Below, piece by piece: positions 37,993 through 47,397 of a DNA stretch of 64,000 bases. Position numbers and translations under genes: made by a program. Positions within the stretch are counted from its first letter, which is position 1. Every line of letters starts with the position of its first letter. The DNA is taken from contig CBDBCY010000004.1 in NCBI GenBank assembly GCA_965203555.1, positions 64,001 to 128,000 of the forward strand. The letters are read 5' to 3'. The notes under the pieces were generated by a model. That model had not been told where the DNA came from. It saw nothing but the letters and a program-made list of their open reading frames with translations, and ran no database searches. Source of the DNA: Acidimicrobiia bacterium (GTDB lineage: Bacteria; Actinomycetota; Acidimicrobiia; Spongiisociales; ZC4RG35).

Positions 37993-38232
37993 TCATCCCG
38001 AGAAAAGGTGAAGGTACTTTTCTTCTGGCTTCCGGCTGTGAAACACTCTACCGGTTTCCATGTCCATAAGGACGCCTTAGCGGTAGTCCCTGGGGGGTGA
38101 ATCCTCCGATGGATCTGACGCCTTTCGAGGTGAATCCTCCTCCATGCCAAAAGGATTGGTGAGTACCCGGTAGATGTCCTCCTCGGAGAACCTCTTTACC
38201 GCCGAAGCGAGAATGAGGCGGGTGGAGGTCAA
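37993..38232 (-). pseudogene. Probable small type II toxin gene broken by compensating frameshifts (in-frame TAA)
   Basis: Reconstructs as LTSTRLILASAVKRFSEEDIYRVLTNPFGMEEDSPR/GVRSIGGFTPQGLPL/GVLMDMETGRVFHSRKPEEKYLHLFSG*. The TTG start overlaps the upstream TGA. Confidence 0.45.
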
Positions 38233-38585
38233 GAAACCGAGACGGGCAGAATCGAGATGATTTCTTTGGCCAGGTCGACAGTGAGGTGGGAGACTATTTG
38301 TTCCCGCTCACGGTCCGCCATTCGAGCCAGGCGCCTGGCCGAGATGTGCGTCGGAATCTGAAGGATGTCGGCGATCTGTTTTTCCAGGGGTCGCCGGTAG
38401 AAGAGGGTGTCGGAAATGTCGGCAACCTGGTTGATCGAGTCGGCGGAGGGAGCATGGCCTCGGACATCCTCGGATGTCACCGAGGGGTCTTCAGATACAG
38501 CGATGATCGCTTCGTAGTCCGCTTTTTCCACATGCCGGAGTCTAGGACTCGAGCCGGGGGTAAGTCGGTCCGAATCCGCCGCCAC
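38229..38585 (-). CDS. Hypothetical protein (possible antitoxin partner)
   Basis: 118-aa ORF whose stop overlaps the start of the broken toxin-like gene; no family motif recognised. Confidence 0.45.
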   Translation of the reverse strand: MAADSDRLTPGSSPRLRHVEKADYEAIIAVSEDPSVTSEDVRGHAPSADSINQVADISDTLFYRRPLEKQIADILQIPTHISARRLARMADREREQIVSHLTVDLAKEIISILPVSVS

Positions 38586-38696
38586 CCATTTTTGGGATGA
38601 TCCTCGCCCGCCTGGCCGTCACTGGACCTCCAGGAGTCATTGGGAGGGACTGTCCCCGGTGACCACACCGGGTTTGGCCGTCTGTCTCGAATTTGG

Positions 38697-40241
38697 TTAT
38701 CTGCGGAGAACTTCGCCGGCGCTGCTGTGCGCAAGATTTCCTGCGTCGATAGCGGCTTTTCCGTTTACGAATACGTAGTGCATTCCGACCGCGTTGGAGC
38801 GGGGATCCTCGAACGTGGCCCGGTCCTCGATCCGTTCAGGGTCGAACACGGCCAGGTCGGCAATTGCGCCCGGTCGTACCGTTCCCCGATCCGACAGGCC
38901 GTACCGGACGGCGGGCATACCGGTCATTCGCCTGATGGCGTCCGGAAAGTCCAACCAACCTTTCTCCCGCACCAGGTGTGACAGCACCCGGGCGTGGGCG
39001 CCGAAACCTCTCGGGTGGGGGTAGCTTCCCCGGTAAAGACCGTCGGAGCCAACCATCCCCAGTGGATGGGTCATGGCGCGGCGCAGCTTGTTCTCATCGT
39101 TCCAGCGGTACACCATGAGCACTCGCATCCGGCATTCCACCAGCAGCCGGCACACCGTCTCCGCCAGGGTTCTCCCGACCGGGCCGACGGCGTCGATCAG
39201 CGGACGACCCTCCAGGTACTTGTACGGGCCGTCCGGCAGCGAGGAAAAGAAAGCGTCCCGGGGCCGGGAGACGTAGGCGCCGAAGAATCTGTCGATAGCA
39301 GGCGCCACCTTGGATTGAACCCGTGGGTCCGCCAGCAATTCGATCACCTGGTCGGGAGGTCCCTGGTCTACCCACGGGGGTAGGCAAAAGGCCAGGTGGC
39401 TGCTGGCCGCCATGTACGGGTAGGCGTCGAATGTGACGTCAATGCCCTCGTCTCGGGCGTCCACCAGTTCCTGGTAGAGCTGTTCGGAACCGAACAGATG
39501 GGAGATGTGCACCGGTATCTGTGCCCGGCGGGCGACCTGAAGTGCTTCGCGGACGCCGTATGCCACATCGCCCCGGATGCCCCGGACATGGGAGGTATAG
39601 ATCCCATCGTATTCGGCCGCCGTTTCGGCCACCGCTACCAGTTCCTCCGTGCTCGAATGTCCGGAGGGAAAATAGTCGAGACCGGTCTGAATACCGGAAG
39701 CGCCTTCCTCCATGACCTGGCGGGTAAGGAACTGCATGTGCCTGATCTCCGCCGGGGACGCCGGGCGGGGGTCCCATCCCACCGCCTCGGCCCGGACCGC
39801 GTTGAAACCCACCTGGGGGACCAAGTTGATGCCGATCCTCCCCTCGAACATCGCCAGGTATCCGGCCGGGTCGGACCACTCCCAGTCTTTCTCTGGGGCG
39901 CCGTTGAACACCTCCAGGTAGGCCTGGACCTGGGCCAGGCGTGGCGGCGACAGCGGTGTGTATGCGAAGCCGTCGGGCGCCATGAGATCGGTGGTGATCC
40001 CCTGACGGAGACGGGCCTCCAGATCGTCGCCACGCAGCAACGAGAACTCGGAGTGGGAATGGACATCGATAAACCCGGGGCAGATCGACAGGCCGCCGGC
40101 GTCCGCCCGGCGCCGGGTTCGGGCGTCTGTCAGCTGTCCGACCGCCGCGATCCGCCTCCCATTCAGACCCACGTCGGCCCGGAACCCGGGGCGCCCCGTC
40201 CCGTCGAAAACAGTGCCTCCGGTCAGAAGCCAGTCAAACAT
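38697..40241 (-). CDS. N-acyl-D-amino-acid deacylase family amidohydrolase
   Basis: GGTVFDGTG, PGFIDVHSH, SHVR, HISH, DAYPY, GSDG, HPRGFG and ADLAVFDP. Confidence 0.9.
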   Translation of the reverse strand: MFDWLLTGGTVFDGTGRPGFRADVGLNGRRIAAVGQLTDARTRRRADAGGLSICPGFIDVHSHSEFSLLRGDDLEARLRQGITTDLMAPDGFAYTPLSPPRLAQVQAYLEVFNGAPEKDWEWSDPAGYLAMFEGRIGINLVPQVGFNAVRAEAVGWDPRPASPAEIRHMQFLTRQVMEEGASGIQTGLDYFPSGHSSTEELVAVAETAAEYDGIYTSHVRGIRGDVAYGVREALQVARRAQIPVHISHLFGSEQLYQELVDARDEGIDVTFDAYPYMAASSHLAFCLPPWVDQGPPDQVIELLADPRVQSKVAPAIDRFFGAYVSRPRDAFFSSLPDGPYKYLEGRPLIDAVGPVGRTLAETVCRLLVECRMRVLMVYRWNDENKLRRAMTHPLGMVGSDGLYRGSYPHPRGFGAHARVLSHLVREKGWLDFPDAIRRMTGMPAVRYGLSDRGTVRPGAIADLAVFDPERIEDRATFEDPRSNAVGMHYVFVNGKAAIDAGNLAHSSAGEVLRR

Positions 40242-40318
40242 TGCGGACCCTTGGTGTGACGCTTCACGGCGCCGATAGTACTTGAGAACCGGCCTTGCCG
40301 AAGCCCGGTGCGGCAGGC

Positions 40319-41458
40319 TCAGAGAGTGATGACCAGTTTGCCGACATGGTTCTTGGCCAAGAACGCCTCCTGTGCTGCGTGGATCTCCGATAGGGGGTAG
40401 CAATCGCCCACCACCGCCCGGACCGAGCCTGTCTCGATGTAACCCACCAAGTCCGAGAAGACCGCAGGCTCATAGACGGTTGCACCATGGAGGCTCAAGT
40501 CCTTCAGATACAGCGTGCGCAGATCCAGTTTCGCCATCGGCCCGGCTATCGCCCCGGAAGTGACGTACCTTCCTCCATGCCGCAGCGCTTCGAGCCAACC
40601 CCCGAAGTCGCCGCCTCCCACAACATCGGCCACCACGTGGAAAGGACCCCCGTTGGCTGCCGCAGCAGCCTCCGGGACCCGGCCGTCCTGTCGAACCACG
40701 ACATGATCTGCGCCGAGCTTTGCCACCTCGTCCAACTTGGATCTGCTGGTAACGGCTACCACGCGGGCGCCGCGAACCTTGGCAAGTTGCACCAAGGCGC
40801 TGCCCACCCCGCCGGAGGCGCCCGGCACGGCAACCGTCTCTCGGCGCCGGAGTTCGGCGCGCTGGAGCATGTGTTCGGCAGTTGACCATGAGCAGGGGAA
40901 AGCCGCCAGTTCCTCATCCGGGATATCGGTGGAGATCGGATATGCGTTCTCGCCGGGAACCGCGCAGAACTCGGCGAAGCCACCGTCCAGTTCGCTTCCC
41001 AGGTAGCCGGCAAAGTAGGGGTTGTCGGGGCGGCGCCTATCCCGCAGGCAGGGATCGACCATCACCCGGCGCCCCATGAGATCGACGCGGGCCCCTTTCC
41101 CGACTTCTACCACCACCCCAACGACGTCGCTGCCCTGAATGCGGGGGAAGGACAGCCCTTTCCGACTCCAGCCCACGTCGCGCAGGTCGGCGTCCCGGTA
41201 GCCGGATTCTTCGGTGGCGGTGGTAATAGAGCGGCTGTACCAACCAACTCGTGTGTTGATATCGGAGTTGTTGAGACCGCAAGCGCCTACCCGCACTACC
41301 ACATCCCCCGGTCCGGCCCGGGGTACCGGCACGTCGTCCCGCACTTCCAGCACTTCGGGCCCGCCAATACCTTGCAGGAGAGCAGCTCGCATGATATCGG
41401 GCCCGACGGTGTCTTCACCTGGACCCCGGCCCGCCACGTTCTGTTCGACTTTGCTCAT
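40319..41458 (-). CDS. Medium-chain (zinc-type ADH family) oxidoreductase
   Basis: CGLNNSD, PRIQGSD, DGGFAEF, GASGGVG and GKLV. The start may be the later MRAALL. Confidence 0.88.
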   Translation of the reverse strand: MSKVEQNVAGRGPGEDTVGPDIMRAALLQGIGGPEVLEVRDDVPVPRAGPGDVVVRVGACGLNNSDINTRVGWYSRSITTATEESGYRDADLRDVGWSRKGLSFPRIQGSDVVGVVVEVGKGARVDLMGRRVMVDPCLRDRRRPDNPYFAGYLGSELDGGFAEFCAVPGENAYPISTDIPDEELAAFPCSWSTAEHMLQRAELRRRETVAVPGASGGVGSALVQLAKVRGARVVAVTSRSKLDEVAKLGADHVVVRQDGRVPEAAAAANGGPFHVVADVVGGGDFGGWLEALRHGGRYVTSGAIAGPMAKLDLRTLYLKDLSLHGATVYEPAVFSDLVGYIETGSVRAVVGDCYPLSEIHAAQEAFLAKNHVGKLVITL

Positions 41459-41662
41459 CTTGACAACCGATGCTCCCTCGTGGACGCTCCCGTCCTTGCC
41501 ATGTTTCTCAGTGGGTTGACATGACCACCGGAAGGCTACCGGCGGCCACTTCCGATGACCGGAGAAATTCGTAGTCCCGACGGCCGACAGCCGGGCGCCT
41601 CCCGGAAGCCGGACAGATTAGATTAAAAGATCGAACCGAGATGTAGGAAGGAGCACGGAATT

Positions 41663-42985
41663 ATGGCTAAGGCGCTGGTAGGGGGGAGAGTGATCGACGG
41701 CACGGGACGGGTCCCGATCGATGATGCCGTGGTGCTTATCGACGGGGAACGCATCGATGCGGTCTTCCGCCGGGGGGAGATGGAGTTTCCGGCCGACACC
41801 GAGGTCGTGGACATAAGCGGGTCGACGGTGATTCCGGGACTGATCGACTGCCACGTCCATGTCGGGGTGCTGGCCGACAACTCTTTCCTGCAGGTCGAGG
41901 ATCCCACCGGACTGGCCGACCTGTTCATGACCACATTGCTGTCTCACGGAGTAACCACCGTTCGGGACACCGGCAACTTCGATCCCGACGAGGTGTTTCG
42001 CACCTTCAAGGCGGGCCGCGCGAACTGGCCGCGATTCTTCGGCGCCGGAACGATCCTTGACGGACCGGCCGATCCTCCCGCACCTTGGCGGTGGCTGGCG
42101 ATTATCGACGACGAGGATTCGGCCCGTCGGGAAGCCTCGAAACTGATCGACGCCGGTATGGACTTTCTCAAAGTGTACGTGTGGGCCACTCTCGAGGTGC
42201 TGCGGGCCGTGGTTTCGGAAGCTCACCGTCGGGGTGTCCGCGTTGCCGCCCACGTGGGGCACATGGTCACGGTCGAAGAGGCTGTGAAGGTGGGTGTCGA
42301 CGCGCTGGAACATGTGAGGATCGGACGGGAGCTGGTGCCCGAGGATCGAATGGATGAATTCAACGGTCTGACGGGCCGGATACTCGACCCGCTGGTGGGT
42401 TGGCAACCGTGGCGGTTCGTCGATCCCGAATCGGATCTGGCCGACAACCTGATCTCGATGATGGCCGAAAAGGGCACCTACATAACGCCCACTCTTACCC
42501 TCTCCCAGGCAATCCTGCTGGGGAACACGCCCGAGGCGGTCAATCCGGCCGGTTTGGACGAAATGCCGGGTGCGGTCCAAGAGCAGTGGAGCCAATATGC
42601 CTATCCCTTCGATTACAGCGAGACCGACTGGGAAGCGGCGCCGGTGGAACTGCGCAACCAGATGGCCTTCATAGGGCGAGCACAACAGGGCGGCGTAAAT
42701 GTGACGGCCGGAACCGACCTCACCAACCCGTTCGTGGTGCCGGGGCACAGCATGCACGAGGAGTTGCGTCTGCTGGTGGAGGGCTGCGGGTTCTCGCCCA
42801 TGGATGCGATCGTGGCAGCCACCAGCCGGGCCGCCGACCTCCTGGGCCAGGGGGACGAGCTGGGTTCGGTGGAGAAGCGCAAGCTGGCCGACCTGGTGGT
42901 GCTGGAATCCGACCCGCTGGACGACATCCGAAACACGCAGCGGATCGCGGCGGTGTACAAGGGCGGTCAGGCCGTAGCGGCCTGA
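41663..42985 (+). CDS. Amidohydrolase family protein
   Basis: PGLIDCHVH, GVTTVRD, LKVY, AAH, EH, AGTD and KLADLVVL..DPL.DI. Confidence 0.88.
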   Translation: MAKALVGGRVIDGTGRVPIDDAVVLIDGERIDAVFRRGEMEFPADTEVVDISGSTVIPGLIDCHVHVGVLADNSFLQVEDPTGLADLFMTTLLSHGVTTVRDTGNFDPDEVFRTFKAGRANWPRFFGAGTILDGPADPPAPWRWLAIIDDEDSARREASKLIDAGMDFLKVYVWATLEVLRAVVSEAHRRGVRVAAHVGHMVTVEEAVKVGVDALEHVRIGRELVPEDRMDEFNGLTGRILDPLVGWQPWRFVDPESDLADNLISMMAEKGTYITPTLTLSQAILLGNTPEAVNPAGLDEMPGAVQEQWSQYAYPFDYSETDWEAAPVELRNQMAFIGRAQQGGVNVTAGTDLTNPFVVPGHSMHEELRLLVEGCGFSPMDAIVAATSRAADLLGQGDELGSVEKRKLADLVVLESDPLDDIRNTQRIAAVYKGGQAVAA

Positions 42986-42986
42986 T

Positions 42987-43850
42987 CTAGGCCGAAACGA
43001 TCCGGAGACGGGCTCCCGAGGCGGCGCCCGGATCTATGTCAAGACTCCGAGGCGTCTCGATGAAGGGGACGCCTCGGTGGGACAGCGCCCCGGCTGTGGC
43101 CGCGATCGCCGGGGTGGACAACACCAGGCGAAAGGGTCCCGGTCCATCTTGCTCCAGCACTTCGGCCATCGGCCCCTCTTCCGTGGGCTGGTGGATGCCC
43201 AGGACGAAATCTCCCAACCGATAGTGGAGGCTGCGAGCGCCGGTCTGCGGCGACGCCGGCCGGATGCGACGTGACCCGAGGCCGAGCGCCCGGTCGTAGA
43301 ACCGCTCCGCCTCCTCCAGGCTCTCCACCACCAGGTCGATTCCGGCTACCCCGGTCACTCCGCAGGCGTGGCGCCCCGCCGGATCCCAGGCGAGGAGGTC
43401 CGTTTCCGGGGTGATCCAGTCGATCAGATATGGCCAGGGTTTGCGCCAGGGTGATCCTCCCGGCACCACCAGCCGCCACTCCAGGCGCCTGCCATCGGGC
43501 CGGACCCGATCCATGTCGAACGGTCCCTCCGCTCCGACTCCCAGGGCCTTCAACCCACGGGCCTGCTCCTCCAGGGCGGTTCCGGCCAGAACGTAGCCGA
43601 CCAGTCCCGAGGATCTCCCCAGAAAAGCCAGTAGTTCGGCGCCGAACGGTCCTCGCTCCCGCGCCAGATCGGGGTTCTCCACGGTCAGCAGTTCGAGATA
43701 GTCCAGACCGAAGCGGACGATCGCATTGCGGGTGCCGAGCGACGGGTGCCGGCCACCTTCGGACACCGCGAAACCCAGTCCGCGGAAGGCAGCCATGCCG
43801 GTCTCCAGGTCGGGAATCCCGATCACCGCGTGGTCGAAACGCTCGATCAT
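42987..43850 (-). CDS. VOC/glyoxalase-like family protein
   Basis: DHAVI..DL, GGRH...GTRNA..F..DYLEL, R.RPDG..LEW and P.LIDW. Confidence 0.85.
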   Translation of the reverse strand: MIERFDHAVIGIPDLETGMAAFRGLGFAVSEGGRHPSLGTRNAIVRFGLDYLELLTVENPDLARERGPFGAELLAFLGRSSGLVGYVLAGTALEEQARGLKALGVGAEGPFDMDRVRPDGRRLEWRLVVPGGSPWRKPWPYLIDWITPETDLLAWDPAGRHACGVTGVAGIDLVVESLEEAERFYDRALGLGSRRIRPASPQTGARSLHYRLGDFVLGIHQPTEEGPMAEVLEQDGPGPFRLVLSTPAIAATAGALSHRGVPFIETPRSLDIDPGAASGARLRIVSA

Positions 43851-43860
43851 TTTGGGCTGT

Positions 43861-44847
43861 TCAATCGACCAGCGCCGGGAGCACTTCTTCGGTGACCCTC
43901 TCGAACTGGTGCGCCTCGTCGTAGGCTACCATCCTGAGGGTGATGGTGGTGGCCCCGGCTTCGGCGAATTCTTGGATGCGCCTGATGCACTCGTCGGGGT
44001 CGCCGATCGTCACCCACCGCTCCAGGAACCCCCGGTCGTAGTCAGTCCCGTAGTAGTCACGCATGTAGGAAACCACCTCTTCCATGCCTCGGTCCGGGTC
44101 TTCGGTGACGTGGATGTTGTAGTAGAAGCCGGCCTCGAAGTCGTCTCCCAGCGGGCGGCCCTCCTCTTGACCGTAGCGTTTGATGGTCGCCAGGTTGGCT
44201 GCCAGGCTCTCGGGTGTGTTGGCGGTGGTCATCCAGCCGTCGCCGAGTCGGGCGACCCGCCGCAGAACCCTCTCCGCCAGTTTGGGGAAGGCGGGGTTGG
44301 CATGGGCGGTGATCCAGATCGGAATCGGCTGCTGCACCGGTCGGGGGAGCACGGTGACATCCTCGAACCGGTTGTAGGTCCCCTCATAGGAGGCGCGCTC
44401 GGTCTCCGACACCAGCCGCAGGATCTCGATCGCCTCTTCCATTCGCCGGCTTCTCGTGGAGGGATCAATTCCGAAGGCGGCGAACTCTTCCTCGAATTTC
44501 CCCCCACCCGCCTCCCTCTGCCCCTGGCAGGCCACGAAAATGGACCGGCCTCCACATAGGAAGTCAAAGCTGAGCCACTGGTAGGCCATCAGCAGCGCGT
44601 CTCGTAGCGGTGTGCTCGCCATGCAACCCACTCCCAGCTTGACCCGCTCGGTGACAGAGGCCAGTGCTCCGAGCGCCACGAAGGCGTCCAGCCTGGGCTT
44701 GGCGAAGATCGAGTCACCCAGCCAGACCGAGTCCCACACTTCATCCCGGTCCGCCTCGGTGGCCAGGTCCAGCATCTCCCCGACGCTGGACAATCCCAGC
44801 AAAACGCTTCGGTTCGACAGCGTAAGACCGTATTTGGCTCGGCTCAT
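43861..44847 (-). CDS. LLM-class flavin-dependent oxidoreductase
   Basis: DSVWLGDS, TERVKLG, PRPVQQPIPIWI and RVARLGDGW. Confidence 0.88.
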   Translation of the reverse strand: MSRAKYGLTLSNRSVLLGLSSVGEMLDLATEADRDEVWDSVWLGDSIFAKPRLDAFVALGALASVTERVKLGVGCMASTPLRDALLMAYQWLSFDFLCGGRSIFVACQGQREAGGGKFEEEFAAFGIDPSTRSRRMEEAIEILRLVSETERASYEGTYNRFEDVTVLPRPVQQPIPIWITAHANPAFPKLAERVLRRVARLGDGWMTTANTPESLAANLATIKRYGQEEGRPLGDDFEAGFYYNIHVTEDPDRGMEEVVSYMRDYYGTDYDRGFLERWVTIGDPDECIRRIQEFAEAGATTITLRMVAYDEAHQFERVTEEVLPALVD

Positions 44848-44853
44848 GGACGT

Positions 44854-45693
44854 CTACCTGCGGAAAGACCGCATGGCCAGCTTGGCGAAGAGCCCTCCCA
44901 GCGGTGTCAGATCGCCATGGTCGGCCTGGTCTAGAGCTTCGAGATAGAAGTCCCGATCATCGCGGTCTACCACGATGGGGGGAAATTCGGTTTTCTCCGT
45001 TGCAAAAAGGGTCAGTGCTCTCGCTACCCGGCCGTTGCCATCCTGGAAGGGGTGGATCTGCACGAACCGATGATGCAGCCAGGAGGCTGACACGACGGGA
45101 TGGACGTGGTCCATTCCGTGGTACCAATCTATTAACCGTTCAATCTCACCGTTCACCTGCTCGGGTGGGGCAAAGACGTACAGGGAGCCATCCCCCAGCC
45201 GCACGTTGTTGGGGAGGGTTTTGTATTTTCCGTGCTCCAATTCGGTCTGTATCGAGCGTCCCAAGGCGTCGGTGGCGTCATAAAAATGCTGCGTTCGGGT
45301 GATCAAGGCATGCAGTTCCTTGACGAAAGAGGTGGTGAGAGGGCGTTTGTCACGCACATATTCGGTGACCATCTCCAACCCCTCCATTTGATCTTGGAGC
45401 GTTGGCAAAACTTCCGGATCTCCGCCCGCCCTCGCCATGGCCTCTCTGGTGAGCCCTTCGGCCACCAGCGTTTCCGTGACATCCCGGTCGATTCGATACA
45501 ACCGTTCGATGATCCCGGTTTCGATGGCATGTCTGCGGAGGGCTCGGCGTCTCAGTCGATCGGCATCTGCCGCCGGGGAAGCAGCGTATTCCTGCCGCGA
45601 GCCATGCATCACATCCAACACTGCCAAGTCGCCTCTGAGTTTGTCCTCGACTCTTGGGTCAAGAGGCTCGATGGGATGCCATCCGTTGTCCAT
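44854..45693 (-). CDS. Fic family protein
   Basis: Canonical HPFQDGNGRVAR motif plus an N-terminal TGIIE resembling the inhibitory helix. Confidence 0.9.
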   Translation of the reverse strand: MDNGWHPIEPLDPRVEDKLRGDLAVLDVMHGSRQEYAASPAADADRLRRRALRRHAIETGIIERLYRIDRDVTETLVAEGLTREAMARAGGDPEVLPTLQDQMEGLEMVTEYVRDKRPLTTSFVKELHALITRTQHFYDATDALGRSIQTELEHGKYKTLPNNVRLGDGSLYVFAPPEQVNGEIERLIDWYHGMDHVHPVVSASWLHHRFVQIHPFQDGNGRVARALTLFATEKTEFPPIVVDRDDRDFYLEALDQADHGDLTPLGGLFAKLAMRSFRR

Positions 45694-45924
45694 GGGGCCT
45701 TCAATCTAATGGACTTCGGGTGTGGCGCCTCTGTGTTTCCTCCGGTCAGGCACCGGGGCTCACCGGCCGACCAACCACCCTGCAGTAGGACTCACGTGCC
45801 GTGTGCCGCGGGCAGGTTCGCCTCCCTCGTGAGGTGGAAGAGAGTAGCATCTTGGTGTCTCGGATACAGCCACGTCACCGGTTGGCCGGTTGAGCCTTGG
45901 GCGAGGAAGGAGGATCAGAGGCAG

Positions 45925-46695
45925 ATGGTATTCAAGCGGATGAGAGAAAAGAGAGAGAAGAGGGAACTGGAGCTACGGCAGCGGGCGCTGGCCGACGCTA
46001 CCGAGCAGTGGAAGAGCGAGAAGCAGGCCCTGGAGTCGGAGATCGATTCTCTCTTCAACTACGAGGATGTGTTCGACGAATACCGCGACGACTTTCCGAT
46101 CATCACCAAAAGAGGCGAGGAAGGAATACTGACGGTGCGCGGCGCCGCTCTAACCGAGACCCGCAGGAAACGGGCCACCTACCAGGGTGGGTCCTCTGGT
46201 TTCTCGTTTCGAATCGCCAAAGGCGTCTCCTACCGGGTGGGAGGCCACCGAGGCACGATAACGCCGTCCGCCGAACAGGTGACTCTCATCGACGGCGCCG
46301 ATTCATCGGGGGTGTTTGTGGTCACCAACCGCAGGGGTCTGTTTCGAGGCAGTCTCTACAACCGGGAGTTCAGATGGGACAAACTGATCGCGGTGGCGGT
46401 GGAAGACTTCAGTGAAGGTGTGGCCGTGATCCAACTGCCCGTCGAGAATCGGGTGAAGACCAGCGGCATCCTGGTGCCGAAGGAGCACCTTCCCCTGGTC
46501 CACAGCCGGATCAAATTCGGGGTGGCCCTGTACCGGGGCATGGAAGACCGCCATCTCGAGAGCCTTCAGAAAGAGTTGGCCGAACTGGAGCGGGAAAGGC
46601 CCCGACTGGAGGACATCGCCCCGGACGGCCAGTTCACGATCGACGGCACCTGGAGTAGGGCCTACCAGGGGACCGACTTTCGCTCGGAGGCGTAG
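45925..46695 (+). CDS. Hypothetical protein (N-terminal coiled coil plus beta-rich, possibly PH-like domain)
   Basis: GGAGG RBS, charged helical N-terminus, GGSSGFSFRIAKGVSYRVG and G.FVVTNRR.F segments. Confidence 0.65.
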   Translation: MVFKRMREKREKRELELRQRALADATEQWKSEKQALESEIDSLFNYEDVFDEYRDDFPIITKRGEEGILTVRGAALTETRRKRATYQGGSSGFSFRIAKGVSYRVGGHRGTITPSAEQVTLIDGADSSGVFVVTNRRGLFRGSLYNREFRWDKLIAVAVEDFSEGVAVIQLPVENRVKTSGILVPKEHLPLVHSRIKFGVALYRGMEDRHLESLQKELAELERERPRLEDIAPDGQFTIDGTWSRAYQGTDFRSEA

Positions 46696-46777
46696 AAACC
46701 TCGTCCGCTCAGATATCGGCTCACGGCGACGGCCGGCGTAAGGGAGACAGCGAGTGGCAATTGGACGAAGATCCCAT

Positions 46778-47386
46778 TCACAGTCTGCTTTGATTCTCCA
46801 GCCAGTTGCGTAGCTCCGCAAGACCACGCATGGCCCGATCAAGGCTCGGCGAATGAAGACGCGCTCGCTCGGGACTCCATTGCGATCTGGCGAAATTGCG
46901 AACTACTGCAACGTACTCGGGACCTACCTTGCGGCCACCTTTGGGCCGGGGCGGCACGCCTTGTCTGATGGCCTTCTTCCTCGACTTGCGGCATAGGTTC
47001 GTCAGGTATTCCTTTGGGTTGTCCAGTCCGTCAAAACTCCTTGGAGCACGGCGTTTCACGGCGAAGAAGTCGGCGAAAGCCGGGTAGTCAGCCAAGAGCC
47101 ACGCCTCGATAGAGCGTACTGCAAATCGAAAACACATACCTCGACTGGCCTCAGCCTTGAGCAGTTTGGAACGCAGTGTTGGAATGCACAGATGTCGGTC
47201 ACCGTGGTCAAGGTCTCGTATCACCAGCCAGGGCGACCAAGCAGCGACCCTGTTCAAACCGGGTAGTTTTGGATCGAGGTGAGGGGCGCCACCCGCGATG
47301 AGCCTATGTGAAGGGACAAAGCCGGCGTTGGTTAGGAGTCTTTCGGCCACCGTCTCATCGGTTGGTCCCTCCACCGCCAAGCTCAA
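46778..47386 (-). CDS. TOPRIM-like protein (DUF4276-like)
   Basis: AVEGPTDE, RDLD (DxD), IEAWLLAD, PK..L and SPSL. Directly downstream of the ATPase; start approximate. Confidence 0.72.
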   Translation of the reverse strand: MSLAVEGPTDETVAERLLTNAGFVPSHRLIAGGAPHLDPKLPGLNRVAAWSPWLVIRDLDHGDRHLCIPTLRSKLLKAEASRGMCFRFAVRSIEAWLLADYPAFADFFAVKRRAPRSFDGLDNPKEYLTNLCRKSRKKAIRQGVPPRPKGGRKVGPEYVAVVRNFARSQWSPERARLHSPSLDRAMRGLAELRNWLENQSRL

Positions 47387-47397
47387 CCCCAGCGCGG

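Noticed and set aside
45232-45924. N-terminal half of the 487-aa ORF
   Set aside because: It overlaps fic on the antisense strand; the GGAGG RBS supports a start at 45925.
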